The translations under genes were made by a program, and so were the position numbers. DNA of 64,000 nucleotides from an uncultured Gemmatimonadales bacterium (lineage in GTDB: Bacteria > Gemmatimonadota > Gemmatimonadetes > Longimicrobiales > RSA9), in NCBI GenBank assembly GCA_963798085.1, contig CAWCRS010000010.1, forward strand, positions 115,899 to 179,898. The letters are read 5' to 3'. A model generated the notes under the pieces. That model had not been told where the DNA came from. It made no database searches and worked only from the letters and a program-made list of their open reading frames with translations. Positions 28,993 through 38,945 of the stretch are shown one piece after another (the first letter of the stretch is position 1; each line of letters opens with the position of its first letter).

Positions 28993-29619
28993 TCAGCCGA
29001 CGCGGAAGCGTTCACTCTTCGCCTCCACTCTGCGAGTGGGCAGACCGAGCAGCTTGATAAGCAGGCGTTTGGCGCCTTCGCCCACGGCATCGCCCAGCGA
29101 GCGCTGGCCGCTGACCGCCGGCCCCAGCTCGCCGCGCAGCCAGCGCTCGAGATCGTCCAGGTCGGACGAGGACAGCGTCTCGATCTGCAGGGTGGCTGTG
29201 TAGTAATACTGCCCCGGCTTGCGGGGCGCGATCGTCATCGGATACTCGGACTCGATCGACTCCCGCGCCGCCGCCCAGCTGGGATACCGCAGTGCGTTGC
29301 CGCGCGGCGGCCGCACAATGTACTGGCCTTCGAGCGGCTCGTACAGCAGCACCGTCGTCCAGTTCTCTGTGGACTCAATGTTATCAATGAAGCCGTCGTG
29401 CCAGAGTTCGACGCGCACCTGCACGCGGATGGGCAGGCCGCCGCGGATCGCTTCTTCCAGGGCCGCGTCATTCAGCACACTGCCCACACGCACCACGGCG
29501 TGCGCGGCGGCGCCATTCGCGTGAATGGCGAGGGGCGGCTGCTGGCCGCCCGGGCCCGCCCACCGCGGCGCGCCCGCGCTCAGCAGCAGAAACGCGGCGA
29601 TCCGCGCGGCGCCCGTCAA
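28993..29619 (-). CDS. DUF4390-like periplasmic protein
   Basis: Signal peptide, LEEAIRGGLPI..VELW...LYEPLEGQY pattern; NtrY/NtrX-like neighbours. Confidence 0.55.
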   Translation of the reverse strand: MTGAARIAAFLLLSAGAPRWAGPGGQQPPLAIHANGAAAHAVVRVGSVLNDAALEEAIRGGLPIRVQVRVELWHDGFIDNIESTENWTTVLLYEPLEGQYIVRPPRGNALRYPSWAAARESIESEYPMTIAPRKPGQYYYTATLQIETLSSSDLDDLERWLRGELGPAVSGQRSLGDAVGEGAKRLLIKLLGLPTRRVEAKSERFRVG

Positions 29620-31316
29620 AGCCTGCGGCCGAGTCGCACGAAGAAGTTGAGGCCCTGGCCGGACCCGGACAGCGGCACACCCCAGTAGAGGCCGAAGCCG
29701 GCCAGGCGGAGCCCGATGCCCGCATCCGCCGCGAAGTCGGTCTGACCCCGGCCGCGACCCGCCAGTGCATCCGGTTCGTTCCAGGCGCGGCCCGCATCGA
29801 AGAACACGAGCCAGCGGACGGCGTGCTCAATGTTGAGGCTGCGACCCACCATCTCCGCCTTGCGCGAGAGCCAGGGGAAATTCGCCTGGTACTCCAGCTG
29901 CACCAGCGCCACGCGATCACAGCCGTACCAGGGAAAGAATGGCGCGCCGTTCAGCGCCGCGGGGTGATCGCGGGCGCCGCAGTCGAATTCGTAGAGGTGA
30001 TAGCCGGGCAGGTCGCCTTCACCGCCCAGCGCGTACTGTCGCTGCGGCGGCAGTGATGAGCCATCCGCGGAACCCGCGGCCCACGCACGCACCGCCATGC
30101 GCGAGCCCGGACCGAGTCGCACATAGCGGCGGATGTCGATCGACGCGATGGTGAAGCGTTCGCGCGATTCCAGCGCCGCGCTGACCAGGCTGTCACTGCG
30201 CGGCGCGGTCAGCGCCGGCTGGTGCAGTCGCCCGCCAACACCCTGTTCCAGACCCAGCTGGATCTGCCAGCCCGTGGCAGGATCAATGACTTCGTTGCGC
30301 GTATCGAACTGCCCGTGCACGCTCACGCTGCGCAGGCGGCCCTGCGCGATGGCCGGCTGCGGCCGCCACGGATCCGCGTTGTCGAACAGCGACCACGGAC
30401 TGCCCGGCGTGACCGAGTGATGGTCTTCTTCGCGGTACTCAATGGTGACGTCGTGTGGCCAGCCCGCGCGCGCGAGACGCACGTACGCGGCCCAGCCCTG
30501 CTGCTCGTAGGCGTCGCGGAAATCGCGGTGCAGCACGAACGTGGAGAGCGCGTTCTCGCGATCCGTGAGGCCCTTGTCTTCGATGGGCGTAATGTCGTCG
30601 AACAGGCGCAAGCCGATTCTCGCAGTGTGCCCGCCGCCCAGGAACTGCTCGGCCCGCACGGCATAGCCCATCTGATCGGGATCAATGCGCAGGCCCGCAG
30701 CGCTGCGATACACGGCGAAGCCTTCCAGCGTCGTCGGATTCGAGCGGCCAATGCGCACGCGCGGGCCAATGGACACCGGGAGTCCCTCGACCCGGTTGTA
30801 ATCCCGCCTCGCGGCAACGAGGAAGTCCGTGCGTCCGAAGCCGAACTCACGACCCGCCGACAGCTCCGGCTCCAGCGCGGCCGGAGCGTAGACCAGCACA
30901 TCGTTGTCGTGGCGGAAACGCAGCGGCTCGCGGTAGTGGGCAAGACCGCCGCCAATGCGCGCGAGGTCCTGCCCGGAGATGGAGCCGCCGACGACAGTCA
31001 CGGAGCCGGTGATCTCCGCGCCGCTCTCCAGGTGCAGGTCTCCGTTGATGACGACGAGGTCGCCTTCCACTCTGCCGGCCACACTGAGCGGCCCGCCCAG
31101 TACCGCGACCGGCGCACGCACCACGCTGCCCGCCGCCAGCCGGCTTTCCCCACTGAGCCGGACGGTGCCTGCGTCGTTGTAGAAGGCGACGACGCGCTCG
31201 GCCACGGTGTCGGCGAGCTGCGCCAGTGCCTCTCCCTGCGCCAGCGCCGGTGCCGGTCGCGCCAGCGGCAGCAGCGCCAGTGCGCAGACGCCGAACCACT
31301 TCGTCGCACGTTTCAT
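29616..31316 (-). CDS. Omp85/BamA-TamA-like outer-membrane barrel with N-terminal bactofilin-like beta-helix
   Basis: Signal peptide; VxGxLxVxxG repeats; YNRVEGL; ALGGEGDLPGY loop; C-terminal amphipathic strand FFVRLGRRL. Confidence 0.65.
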   Translation of the reverse strand: MKRATKWFGVCALALLPLARPAPALAQGEALAQLADTVAERVVAFYNDAGTVRLSGESRLAAGSVVRAPVAVLGGPLSVAGRVEGDLVVINGDLHLESGAEITGSVTVVGGSISGQDLARIGGGLAHYREPLRFRHDNDVLVYAPAALEPELSAGREFGFGRTDFLVAARRDYNRVEGLPVSIGPRVRIGRSNPTTLEGFAVYRSAAGLRIDPDQMGYAVRAEQFLGGGHTARIGLRLFDDITPIEDKGLTDRENALSTFVLHRDFRDAYEQQGWAAYVRLARAGWPHDVTIEYREEDHHSVTPGSPWSLFDNADPWRPQPAIAQGRLRSVSVHGQFDTRNEVIDPATGWQIQLGLEQGVGGRLHQPALTAPRSDSLVSAALESRERFTIASIDIRRYVRLGPGSRMAVRAWAAGSADGSSLPPQRQYALGGEGDLPGYHLYEFDCGARDHPAALNGAPFFPWYGCDRVALVQLEYQANFPWLSRKAEMVGRSLNIEHAVRWLVFFDAGRAWNEPDALAGRGRGQTDFAADAGIGLRLAGFGLYWGVPLSGSGQGLNFFVRLGRRL

Positions 31317-32662
31317 GGATCGATCCCCAGCCGGCGCATCCGGCGGTAGAGGTTGGGACGGTCGGTGCGCAGTCGCCGGGCCGCTTCGGCCACACTGCCG
31401 CCCGCATCCTGCAAAGAGCGTGTGATCACACGCCGCTCGAACGCATCCAGGCGTGCACCCAGCGGCAGCCCGTCATCGGCCGCGTCCGCGGCAGCCGGCG
31501 TCGCCTCCGCAACGAGTCCGCTCAGCGCCTGCGCGTCCACGGTGCCGCCCGTGTGCAGGATGGTCACCCGCTCGCAGACATTGGCCAGCTCGCGCACATT
31601 GCCGGGCCAGGCGTACGCCGCCAGCGCCCGTAATGCTTCGTTAGTAAGCGCCGGCGGCGTCAGGCCCGCGCGCTGGCGCAGCTGCGCGAAGAAATGCGCC
31701 ACCAGCTCGGGAATGTCCTGCGGCCGCTCGCGCAGCGCCGGCAGATGGATGCGCACCACGTTGAGGCGGTAGAACAGGTCGCGGCGGAAGCGCCCGCTGT
31801 CCATTTCCGCGCGCAGGTCACGGTTGGTCGCGGCGATCACCCGCACATCGAGGGTGATGGCCCGCTCCGCGCCCAGCCGCTCAATGGTGCCGGACTCCAG
31901 AACGCGCAGCAGCTTGGCCTGCGCCGCCTCGCCCAGGTCCGCCACTTCGTCCAGCAGCAGTGTGCCGTTCTGCGCCAGTTCGAAGCGGCCGCGGCGCAGC
32001 TCGGTCGCGCCCGTGAACGCGCCCCGCTCGTGCCCGAACATTTCGGACTCCACCAGATCGCGCGGAATGGCGGCGCAGTTCACGCGCACGAAGGGCCGCG
32101 CGCTGCGCAGCAATGCACCGTGCAGCGCATTGGCGGCCACTTCCTTGCCCGCGCCACTCTCCCCGGTCAGCAGCACGCGCGCATCGGTGCGTGCCACCTG
32201 TGCAATTACTTCGCGCACGGCCTGCATGGCCGGGCTCGAACCCACCAGCATGCTGCCCGCGCCGTGGTCCGCCGTCAGTGTGCGCGCCAGCTCGCGCGCC
32301 CGGCGCAGCTCGACGGCGCCGTCCAGCGCCAGCAGCAGGGCCTCCGGCGAAAGCGGCTTTTCCAGGAAATGGAACGCACCCGTACGCGTGGCGCGCACGG
32401 CATCGGAAAGCGTGGCACGCCCGCTCATCATGACGACGGGCACATCGGGCCAGCGGCCGCGCAGCTGTTCCAGCAGAGCGAGTCCCGTGGTGCCGGGAAG
32501 GGCAAGGTCGAGAAGAACGGTCTCGGGCTCGGCAGTGTGCATCGCGTCGAGCGCGGAAGACGCATCGCCGGCCACGACCACCGAGTGTCCTTCCGCCTCC
32601 AGCAGCCCGGCGAGCATCCGCCGGATGTTCGCCTCATCGTCCACGACCAGGATCCTGGCCAT
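31313..32662 (-). CDS. Sigma-54-dependent response regulator (NtrC/NtrX family)
   Basis: Receiver ILVVDDE...LLD, Walker A GESGAGKE, GAFTGA, WPGNVREL, C-terminal HTH. Confidence 0.95.
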   Translation of the reverse strand: MARILVVDDEANIRRMLAGLLEAEGHSVVVAGDASSALDAMHTAEPETVLLDLALPGTTGLALLEQLRGRWPDVPVVMMSGRATLSDAVRATRTGAFHFLEKPLSPEALLLALDGAVELRRARELARTLTADHGAGSMLVGSSPAMQAVREVIAQVARTDARVLLTGESGAGKEVAANALHGALLRSARPFVRVNCAAIPRDLVESEMFGHERGAFTGATELRRGRFELAQNGTLLLDEVADLGEAAQAKLLRVLESGTIERLGAERAITLDVRVIAATNRDLRAEMDSGRFRRDLFYRLNVVRIHLPALRERPQDIPELVAHFFAQLRQRAGLTPPALTNEALRALAAYAWPGNVRELANVCERVTILHTGGTVDAQALSGLVAEATPAAADAADDGLPLGARLDAFERRVITRSLQDAGGSVAEAARRLRTDRPNLYRRMRRLGIDP

Positions 32663-32684
32663 GCGCGGAAGCGAGGTCAGCCGG

Positions 32685-33386
32685 TCATCGGCCGACGATC
32701 AGATCCGCGACGATCGGCGAGCCCGAGTTCGTCAGCGTGCGGGCTGTGCGACACGCAATGCGCGCCGAAGGCCCGAAGAGAAGGCGGACATTGCTCTCTG
32801 CGGGAGGCGGCGCATTCGGGCCCGCACACTCGCGCGCGCTGCCGTACGCAGCACGCAGCAGTGCCACCACGGAATCCGCGGCCTCCGGCGACGGCCCCGT
32901 GACGGCCAGCACGATTGCCGCGTTGGCTCCCACATCCGTGGCCACATAGGAGAGCAGTGTCCGTACCGCCTCGCGCAGATCACTGCGCGCGGAAATCCCC
33001 ACCAGCATGAGATCCAGCTGGCGGTTCTTGGCGATCTCGTAGAGGGCATCGTGCATGTGCATGCGCGAGCCATCGCCCACACCCAGCACGATCGAGGTGT
33101 CGCCCAGGATCTTCAGGTTCGTGAGGAACGCCTTGGCGGTGGGCTCGGTGTGGCCCGGCCCGCTCAGCGCCAGACCGGTCTCGTGCGAGACATCGGCGAA
33201 CCAGGCGCTGTCCTCCGTGGCAGTGACCAACACAATGTTAGCACCGGCGTCCTTCACCACCTGCGCCGCCTGCGCGGCCGTGGACCCCGCCGGCGCTTCC
33301 CAGGCCAGCGTGTGGTATTCCTCGGGTTTGGGCCCACCCAGCCGAACCGAGCAGCCGGTCAGGGCCAGCAGCAGCACAGAGCGCAT
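32685..33386 (-). CDS. Hypothetical lipoprotein
   Basis: MRSVLLLALTGC lipobox; alpha/beta pattern with no clear catalytic motif. Alternative GTG at 33401. Confidence 0.65.
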   Translation of the reverse strand: MRSVLLLALTGCSVRLGGPKPEEYHTLAWEAPAGSTAAQAAQVVKDAGANIVLVTATEDSAWFADVSHETGLALSGPGHTEPTAKAFLTNLKILGDTSIVLGVGDGSRMHMHDALYEIAKNRQLDLMLVGISARSDLREAVRTLLSYVATDVGANAAIVLAVTGPSPEAADSVVALLRAAYGSARECAGPNAPPPAESNVRLLFGPSARIACRTARTLTNSGSPIVADLIVGR

Positions 33387-33402
33387 CGCGTACTTGAGCA
33401 CG

Positions 33403-34722
33403 TCAGCCTCTCGTCATCGTGGTTTCCAGGGCGCCCGGTTCGCCCGGCAGACGGATCACGAACTCCGCGCCTCGACCATGGCGATTGCGCGCGGTCGCGG
33501 TTCCGCCGTGCGCGGCAGTCACCTGCCGCACAATGGCCAGACCCAGACCTGTGCCTTTCCGCTTGAAGCTGCGGTCCGGTTCGAAAATAGCCTCCGTCTG
33601 CCCGTCAGGGATGCCGGGGCCGTTGTCGGCCACCACCACCTCGACGGCGTCACCCTCCACCGCACACGCGCGCACGTCGATAACACCGTCGTCCTGGCTC
33701 ACCGCTTCCACCGCATTGCGGATGACGTTGCGGAACGCGCGCTGCAGCGCGTCGTGATGCCCGTGCACGAAGGTGCCTGCGGGTACATCGAGCGAGCGCC
33801 GGATGCCGTCCGGCACATCCGTGCGCAGCAATCCGTCCAGCAGCTCGTGCATATCCACGGCGGCCAGTGGACCGAGCGCCGGCTGGCCCAGCGCAGCAAA
33901 GCCGCGGGCCAGGTCATCGAGACGCTGCGTTTCCTCGCGAATGATGCCGGCGATCTCGCGCAGCCCTGCGTCCTGCTGTGCCGCCCGCTCCACGCGGTGG
34001 GCCGCCAGACGCAGCGGCGTCAGTGGATTCTTCATTTCGTGCGCCACCCGCCGGGCCATTTCCCCCCAGGCGCGGGTGCGCTCGGCATCCAGCTCGCGGC
34101 GATGCGCCTCAGCGATCTGTCCTGACGCCTCGCGCAGAGCGCCGCGCAGCACCTGTACCTCGTGGGGTTCGCTCGCCTCTGTGCGATCGGGCGGAGGCAG
34201 CGGCTCGCTGCGACCCAGGCGGCCCGCCCACGCGACCAGATCCTCGATGGGATGCGCCAGGTCCCGTGCCAGTCGACGGCTCAGCAGCAGGGCCACGCTC
34301 GCCAGCAGCAGCACCAGTGCCCCAATGACCAGAGGCGCCGCGGCCGCCGCACGCTCGCCCAGATACTGCCAGCGCCTCGCCTGTACCAGCGACTGCGACA
34401 ACTCCGCCCGGTGGCGCTCGGCCGCGGCCGCGAGAGCGGTATCGCCGGGCGTTTTTTCAGCCGCCTCGATCAGCGCCCGGCCCGATACCGCTACCTGGTT
34501 CCAGGGCCCGAGCGTGCCCAGCCAGCGCAGCGAGCGCGCACCCGCCAGCAGGGACGCCGCCAGCACCAGCAATGCGGGCAGCAACGCCAGCACCGCCAGC
34601 CAGCGGAAGAGTTTGTACTCGAGACGCTTTGGTCGCAGCGTGACCCGCCCCTGACTGATTCTCGCTTGTGCCCCTGCTCCGTGCGGCGGCGCAACTCGGC
34701 TCCGTCGCGTCCGATACTCCAA
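33403..34722 (-). CDS. Sensor histidine kinase (NtrY-like)
   Basis: Two TM segments, HAMP-like linker, AWGEMARRVAHEMKNPLTP H-box, N/G1/G2 boxes. Start uncertain. Confidence 0.92.
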   Translation of the reverse strand: MEYRTRRSRVAPPHGAGAQARISQGRVTLRPKRLEYKLFRWLAVLALLPALLVLAASLLAGARSLRWLGTLGPWNQVAVSGRALIEAAEKTPGDTALAAAAERHRAELSQSLVQARRWQYLGERAAAAAPLVIGALVLLLASVALLLSRRLARDLAHPIEDLVAWAGRLGRSEPLPPPDRTEASEPHEVQVLRGALREASGQIAEAHRRELDAERTRAWGEMARRVAHEMKNPLTPLRLAAHRVERAAQQDAGLREIAGIIREETQRLDDLARGFAALGQPALGPLAAVDMHELLDGLLRTDVPDGIRRSLDVPAGTFVHGHHDALQRAFRNVIRNAVEAVSQDDGVIDVRACAVEGDAVEVVVADNGPGIPDGQTEAIFEPDRSFKRKGTGLGLAIVRQVTAAHGGTATARNRHGRGAEFVIRLPGEPGALETTMTRG

Positions 34723-34975
34723 ATATACGACACTGTTCGCCGCGTCTGCCCTGACGTCGCAGCCGGCGTGTCACGCACCGGCGCGAGACCGGCGGCCCGG
34801 ACCTTTCCGGCTGGCGCAGACGTACGTCCGGAGTGCAGGCTTGTAGCGGGAATGAGCGCGCTGTGGCGCACGGGCACTCGAACTGGCCCGTCACTTCCAA
34901 CGCGGGAAGTCGCGAGCCGCCGTCCCCGGCAACAGGAGAGCCGGGTCCGTTGGCGCCGAAGCAGGCAGGAACCGC

Positions 34976-35716
34976 ATGATCGTACCCAACATTCGCTCGT
35001 CGTTCGGTCGCCAGGAGGCCGCATTCCTCATCTGGCTGCTGGCCCGCGGCGAGGAACAGGAACGCGAGCGTCTGGAGGCGAGGCTCGGCGACGAGGGCCT
35101 CGATCCGCTGCTCGATGATCCGCGCACCTTCAATGCGGTGCTCGCGGGTCGCGAATTCAGCAGTGCGTCGGCACAGCTCGTCTTTTATCTGCTCGTGCGC
35201 CATGCGCTGCTCGAGGACGGCATCGCCGACCGCGTCCTCGCCGACTACCTGACAGCGTTGCTCGTCACCTTCGGCCATGCAGGCCGCGCCTTCCGCGTGG
35301 AAGATGGCGAGCAGGAGTTCCACCACCTGGTCGACATCGTGATGGCGGCCGGCGACTCGACCGGCGCGCGTGCATTCCAGCTGCGCGCGCACCTGGGCGA
35401 GTTCGCACTCTGGCTGAGCGGGCTGTTTCCGGACCACATTACCGCGCGCGTGCAGCGGCGAGGCGCACCCGGAATCGACTACTACGAAGAACTGGGTTCG
35501 CAGGGATACCGCATGGCCGCCCGTTACGCCGATGCGGAGAGTCACGGCCTGGACCGTCTCTATCTCACGTGCGCGGATGGCTTCCCTTCGCTGCGCACGG
35601 CCCTGAACCGCATCGCGGACCGCCACCTGTTCCCGGCCACCGGCGACCGAATTGAACGGCTGCTTCGCCAGGTGGCGGACAATTTCCGCGACACGCACGG
35701 CCCGCGCACGCACTGA
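34976..35716 (+). CDS. Conserved-looking hypothetical protein
   Basis: 246 aa helical ORF, AGGA upstream, HLGEFALWLSGLFPD and YYEELGSQGY motifs. Confidence 0.7.
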   Translation: MIVPNIRSSFGRQEAAFLIWLLARGEEQERERLEARLGDEGLDPLLDDPRTFNAVLAGREFSSASAQLVFYLLVRHALLEDGIADRVLADYLTALLVTFGHAGRAFRVEDGEQEFHHLVDIVMAAGDSTGARAFQLRAHLGEFALWLSGLFPDHITARVQRRGAPGIDYYEELGSQGYRMAARYADAESHGLDRLYLTCADGFPSLRTALNRIADRHLFPATGDRIERLLRQVADNFRDTHGPRTH

Positions 35717-35749
35717 TTCCGAGACTTCTCCCACGCTCCCGGGGGCGTC

Positions 35750-36121
35750 GTGAAGACAGAGGTTCGTCCGGCTCGACTCGACCTGCGCGCCGCCAGCGCG
35801 CCCGACAATGCGACCCTCGCCGTGTGCCCGCACTGCTGGGAAGTGAACCTGCGCCCGCTCCGGCTCTGCGGCCGCTGCGGCGGCGACATGCACACACTGC
35901 TGCAGGAATCCGGTGGTCTGCGCGCAACGGCGGCCGTGCAGAGCCCGTTGCCCGTGCGCGTACGCGCTCGTCTGACGCCGCTGCAGCGCGCCATTGTGCT
36001 CGCGGTCGTCGTGCTGCTGATGCTCGTGCAGGTGCTGAGCGCCATCTATGCTTCCGCATGGCGGCCCGTGACGCTGCCCGCGGCACCGCCCGCCCCGATT
36101 CCGTTTCGCGGCCTGCCCTGA
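35750..36121 (+). CDS. Zinc-ribbon membrane protein
   Basis: CPHC-x10-CGRC followed by one TM helix. Confidence 0.6.
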   Translation: MKTEVRPARLDLRAASAPDNATLAVCPHCWEVNLRPLRLCGRCGGDMHTLLQESGGLRATAAVQSPLPVRVRARLTPLQRAIVLAVVVLLMLVQVLSAIYASAWRPVTLPAAPPAPIPFRGLP

Positions 36122-37831
36122 CGCGCGGCGATGGGCCCGTCTGCTGCCAGCACGCGCAGCAGCGGTGTCACTTCCTGCAGTGTCGTCCGGCCCGTGCGCA
36201 CTTTCGCCCATGCATCCTCGGCCAGCGTGACCATGCCTGCGGACCGGCCCGCTTCACGCAAGGCATCCGCGCTCCGGCCCCTCGCCAGCAGCTCCCGTAC
36301 GCGGCGATCCACGAGCAGCAGCTCGAACAGACCCACCCTCCCGCGATAACCCGAGTTCTCGCAGCAATGGCAGCCCACCGCTTCGTGAACGACGACAGGC
36401 TGTGCGGGCAGTCCCAGTGCAGCCAGCTCTTCCGCCGGGGCGAGTCGCTCGCGCGCGCAGTGCGCACAAAGCCGGCGCGCCAGGCGCTGCGCCAGCACTC
36501 CGATCAACCCGGCAGCAACGAGCCAGGGAGCCGCCCCCATGTCGGCCAGCCGCGTGGCCGCCGATGGCGCATCGTTCGTGTGCACCGTGGACAGCACCGA
36601 ATGCCCGGTCATGGCCGCCGCCATCGCGGTCTCGACGGTTTCCTTGTCGCGCAACTCGCCCACCATGATCGCATCCGGATCCTGGCGCAGAACGGCGCGC
36701 AGCGCTGCTGCGAAGCTGAGGCCCGAGCGTTTGTGCACCTGCACCTGCGTCAGTCCCTCGAGCCGGTACTCGACCGGATCCTCCAGCGTGGTGATGTTGC
36801 GCTGCCGACGGTCCAGCCCGCTCAGCGCCGCGTACAGCGTGGTGGTCTTGCCACTGCCCGTCGGGCCCGTGACCAGGATCACGCCGTGGCTCGTCTGCAG
36901 CAGGCGAGCGAAGCGCGCCTGCGTAACCGCGTCGAAGCCCAGTTCGTCGAGCGTGCGGCCCGCGTTGCGTGGATCCAGAATGCGGATCACGATCTTCTCG
37001 CCGCCCTGCGCCGGCAGCGTGGAAACGCGCAGCCCCAGCTCCCGGCCCTGCACGCTCACAGCGGCGCGACCATCCTGCGGCCGGCGCTTCACGGCAATGT
37101 CCATGTCGGCCATCACCTTGACTCGTGACGCGAACCCGCCGGCCGCGTGCGCAGGCAGCACCAGCAGCTCGCGCAGCACGCCATCGACTCGCACCCGTAC
37201 GCGCAGCGAGTCCGCCGCGGGCTCAATGTGCACATCGCTGGCGCCCGCCTGCACCGCGCGCGTCAGCACCAGCTCGACCAGCGCGACAATGGGCGCGGCT
37301 TCCGAAGCACGCCGCAGCGCCGCGACCTCGGCCGCCTCGCGCGTCTCCGTGCGCTGCCGCCGGCTGCGGCCGGCCAATGCGCGTGACGATCGCCTCGACT
37401 TCGCCCGCGTGATACGCACCCAGCGCGGTCTCCACGGAGCGCGGTGAAGCGACGAGCGGCTCGACCCGCCGCCCGGTCCGGAACTGCAGGTCGTCGATCG
37501 CCTCCGCGTCCAGCGGGTCCGCCATGGCGACCCGCAGCCGCCGCTCATCCCCCGCCATGGGCACCACCCGGAGTCGTGACGCCAGCTTGAACTCGACCAT
37601 GCGCAGCGCCTGCGGATCCGCGCGTATGGGCGGCGCCGCGTACTCGAGGCGCAGCTGCGTCGCGAGTGCCTTCGCCACGGCCTCCGGATCCACGCCTCGC
37701 CGGATCAGCAGCTGGCCCAGCCGCTCACGCGTCTGCCGCTGCTCCACCAGCGCCGCATCCAGGACCTCCCTGTCCAGGACGCCGGCCGCCAGCAGCAGCT
37801 GCCCGAGCACACGCGCTTGCGATCCGGTCAT
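36046..37831 (-). CDS. GspE/PilB-family secretion ATPase (one frameshift near 37350)
   Basis: ATG 37831 with AGGAG; MshEN-like RVLGQLL/RLGQLL; ASDVHIEP, GPTGSGKTT, EDPVE, LRQDPD, tetra-Cys motif. Confidence 0.88.
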
Positions 37832-37982
37832 CAGACTCCTGGCGACGACGTTCGGCCGGCATCCGTCGAACCACAGTGTGCCGGCGCGCTCAGAGTGCAC
37901 TCGGGGGTGGGGCAGTGGAATGCGCGGAATGCGCCAATGTTGGTGCGCGCGCCGGCGCTGCGCCGCTACCTTCCGCAGAGTC

Positions 37983-38945
37983 ATGATCGAGCTGGCGGAA
38001 GTCACCAAGCGTTACGGCGGCGCCGCGCGAGGCGGCAATGACGCGCTCCGCGCTCTGTCCCTGCGCATCGCGCGGGGCGAAGCCGTCGGCATCGTCGGCC
38101 CCAATGGCGCCGGCAAGAGCACACTCCTCGGCCTCGTGCTCGGGTTCCTGCGGCCCACCGCGGGCAGACTCACGATCGACACGAAGGCGCCACGCGACTG
38201 GGTGCGCCGGAACGGCGCGGCCTGGCTGCCCGAGCGCTTCGCCCTGCCGCCCGAATGGCGGGTGCGCGCGGCGCTGGCCGCCTTTGCCCGGCTGGAAGGA
38301 TTGTCAGGCGACGACGCCGCCCGCGCCGCCGGCGCTGCGCTCGCGCGCTTCGGCCTGGAAGCGCATGGCGAGCGGCGCGCCGGCACACTCTCGCGCGGAC
38401 TGCTCCAGCGCACCGGTCTGGCCCAGGCGACGCTCGTCCCGCGCACCCTGGTCGTTCTCGACGAGCCCACCGAAGGCCTCGATCCACACGGCCGGTTTCT
38501 CCTGCGCGAAAGCGTGGCCGCCATGCGGGCCACCGGCGCCACCGTGCTGATCGCCAGCCACGACCTGGGGGAGCTGGAACGCATCGTGGATCGCGCGCTG
38601 CTGCTGGAGAGCGGCCGCGTGCGCGAGTCCCTCGCGCTGGCCGGGCGCCCGCCCGGTACGCTGCTGAACTACGAGTTAGGGCTGGCCGCGGAGGCGAGCG
38701 CCGTGCACGAGCTGTTCCCCGGCGCCCGCCGCCTGGACGGCCCCGCACCCGCGGGCGCTCCTGTCCGATACCACGTGGAAGTGCGCGATGCCGCCGACCT
38801 GAGCGCGCGGCTGGCCGCGCTGCTCGCGGCCGGCGGAGTGGTGCAGGCGCTGCTGCCGGTCAGCCCCTCGCTCGAACAGCGTGTCAGGCAGGCCCTGGAA
38901 ACACCCGCCCCACCGCCAGCGGCGGCGGAGGAGGAGCTGTCGTGA
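37983..38945 (+). CDS. ABC transporter ATP-binding protein
   Basis: GPNGAGKST, LSRG signature, LDEPTEGLDP, SH switch. Confidence 0.92.
   Translation: MIELAEVTKRYGGAARGGNDALRALSLRIARGEAVGIVGPNGAGKSTLLGLVLGFLRPTAGRLTIDTKAPRDWVRRNGAAWLPERFALPPEWRVRAALAAFARLEGLSGDDAARAAGAALARFGLEAHGERRAGTLSRGLLQRTGLAQATLVPRTLVVLDEPTEGLDPHGRFLLRESVAAMRATGATVLIASHDLGELERIVDRALLLESGRVRESLALAGRPPGTLLNYELGLAAEASAVHELFPGARRLDGPAPAGAPVRYHVEVRDAADLSARLAALLAAGGVVQALLPVSPSLEQRVRQALETPAPPPAAAEEELS

Noticed and set aside
34884..34899. Sigma-54 promoter-like TGGCCCGTCACTTCCA upstream of the 34976 gene
   Set aside because: The -12 element is CC rather than the conserved GC; too weak without conservation data.
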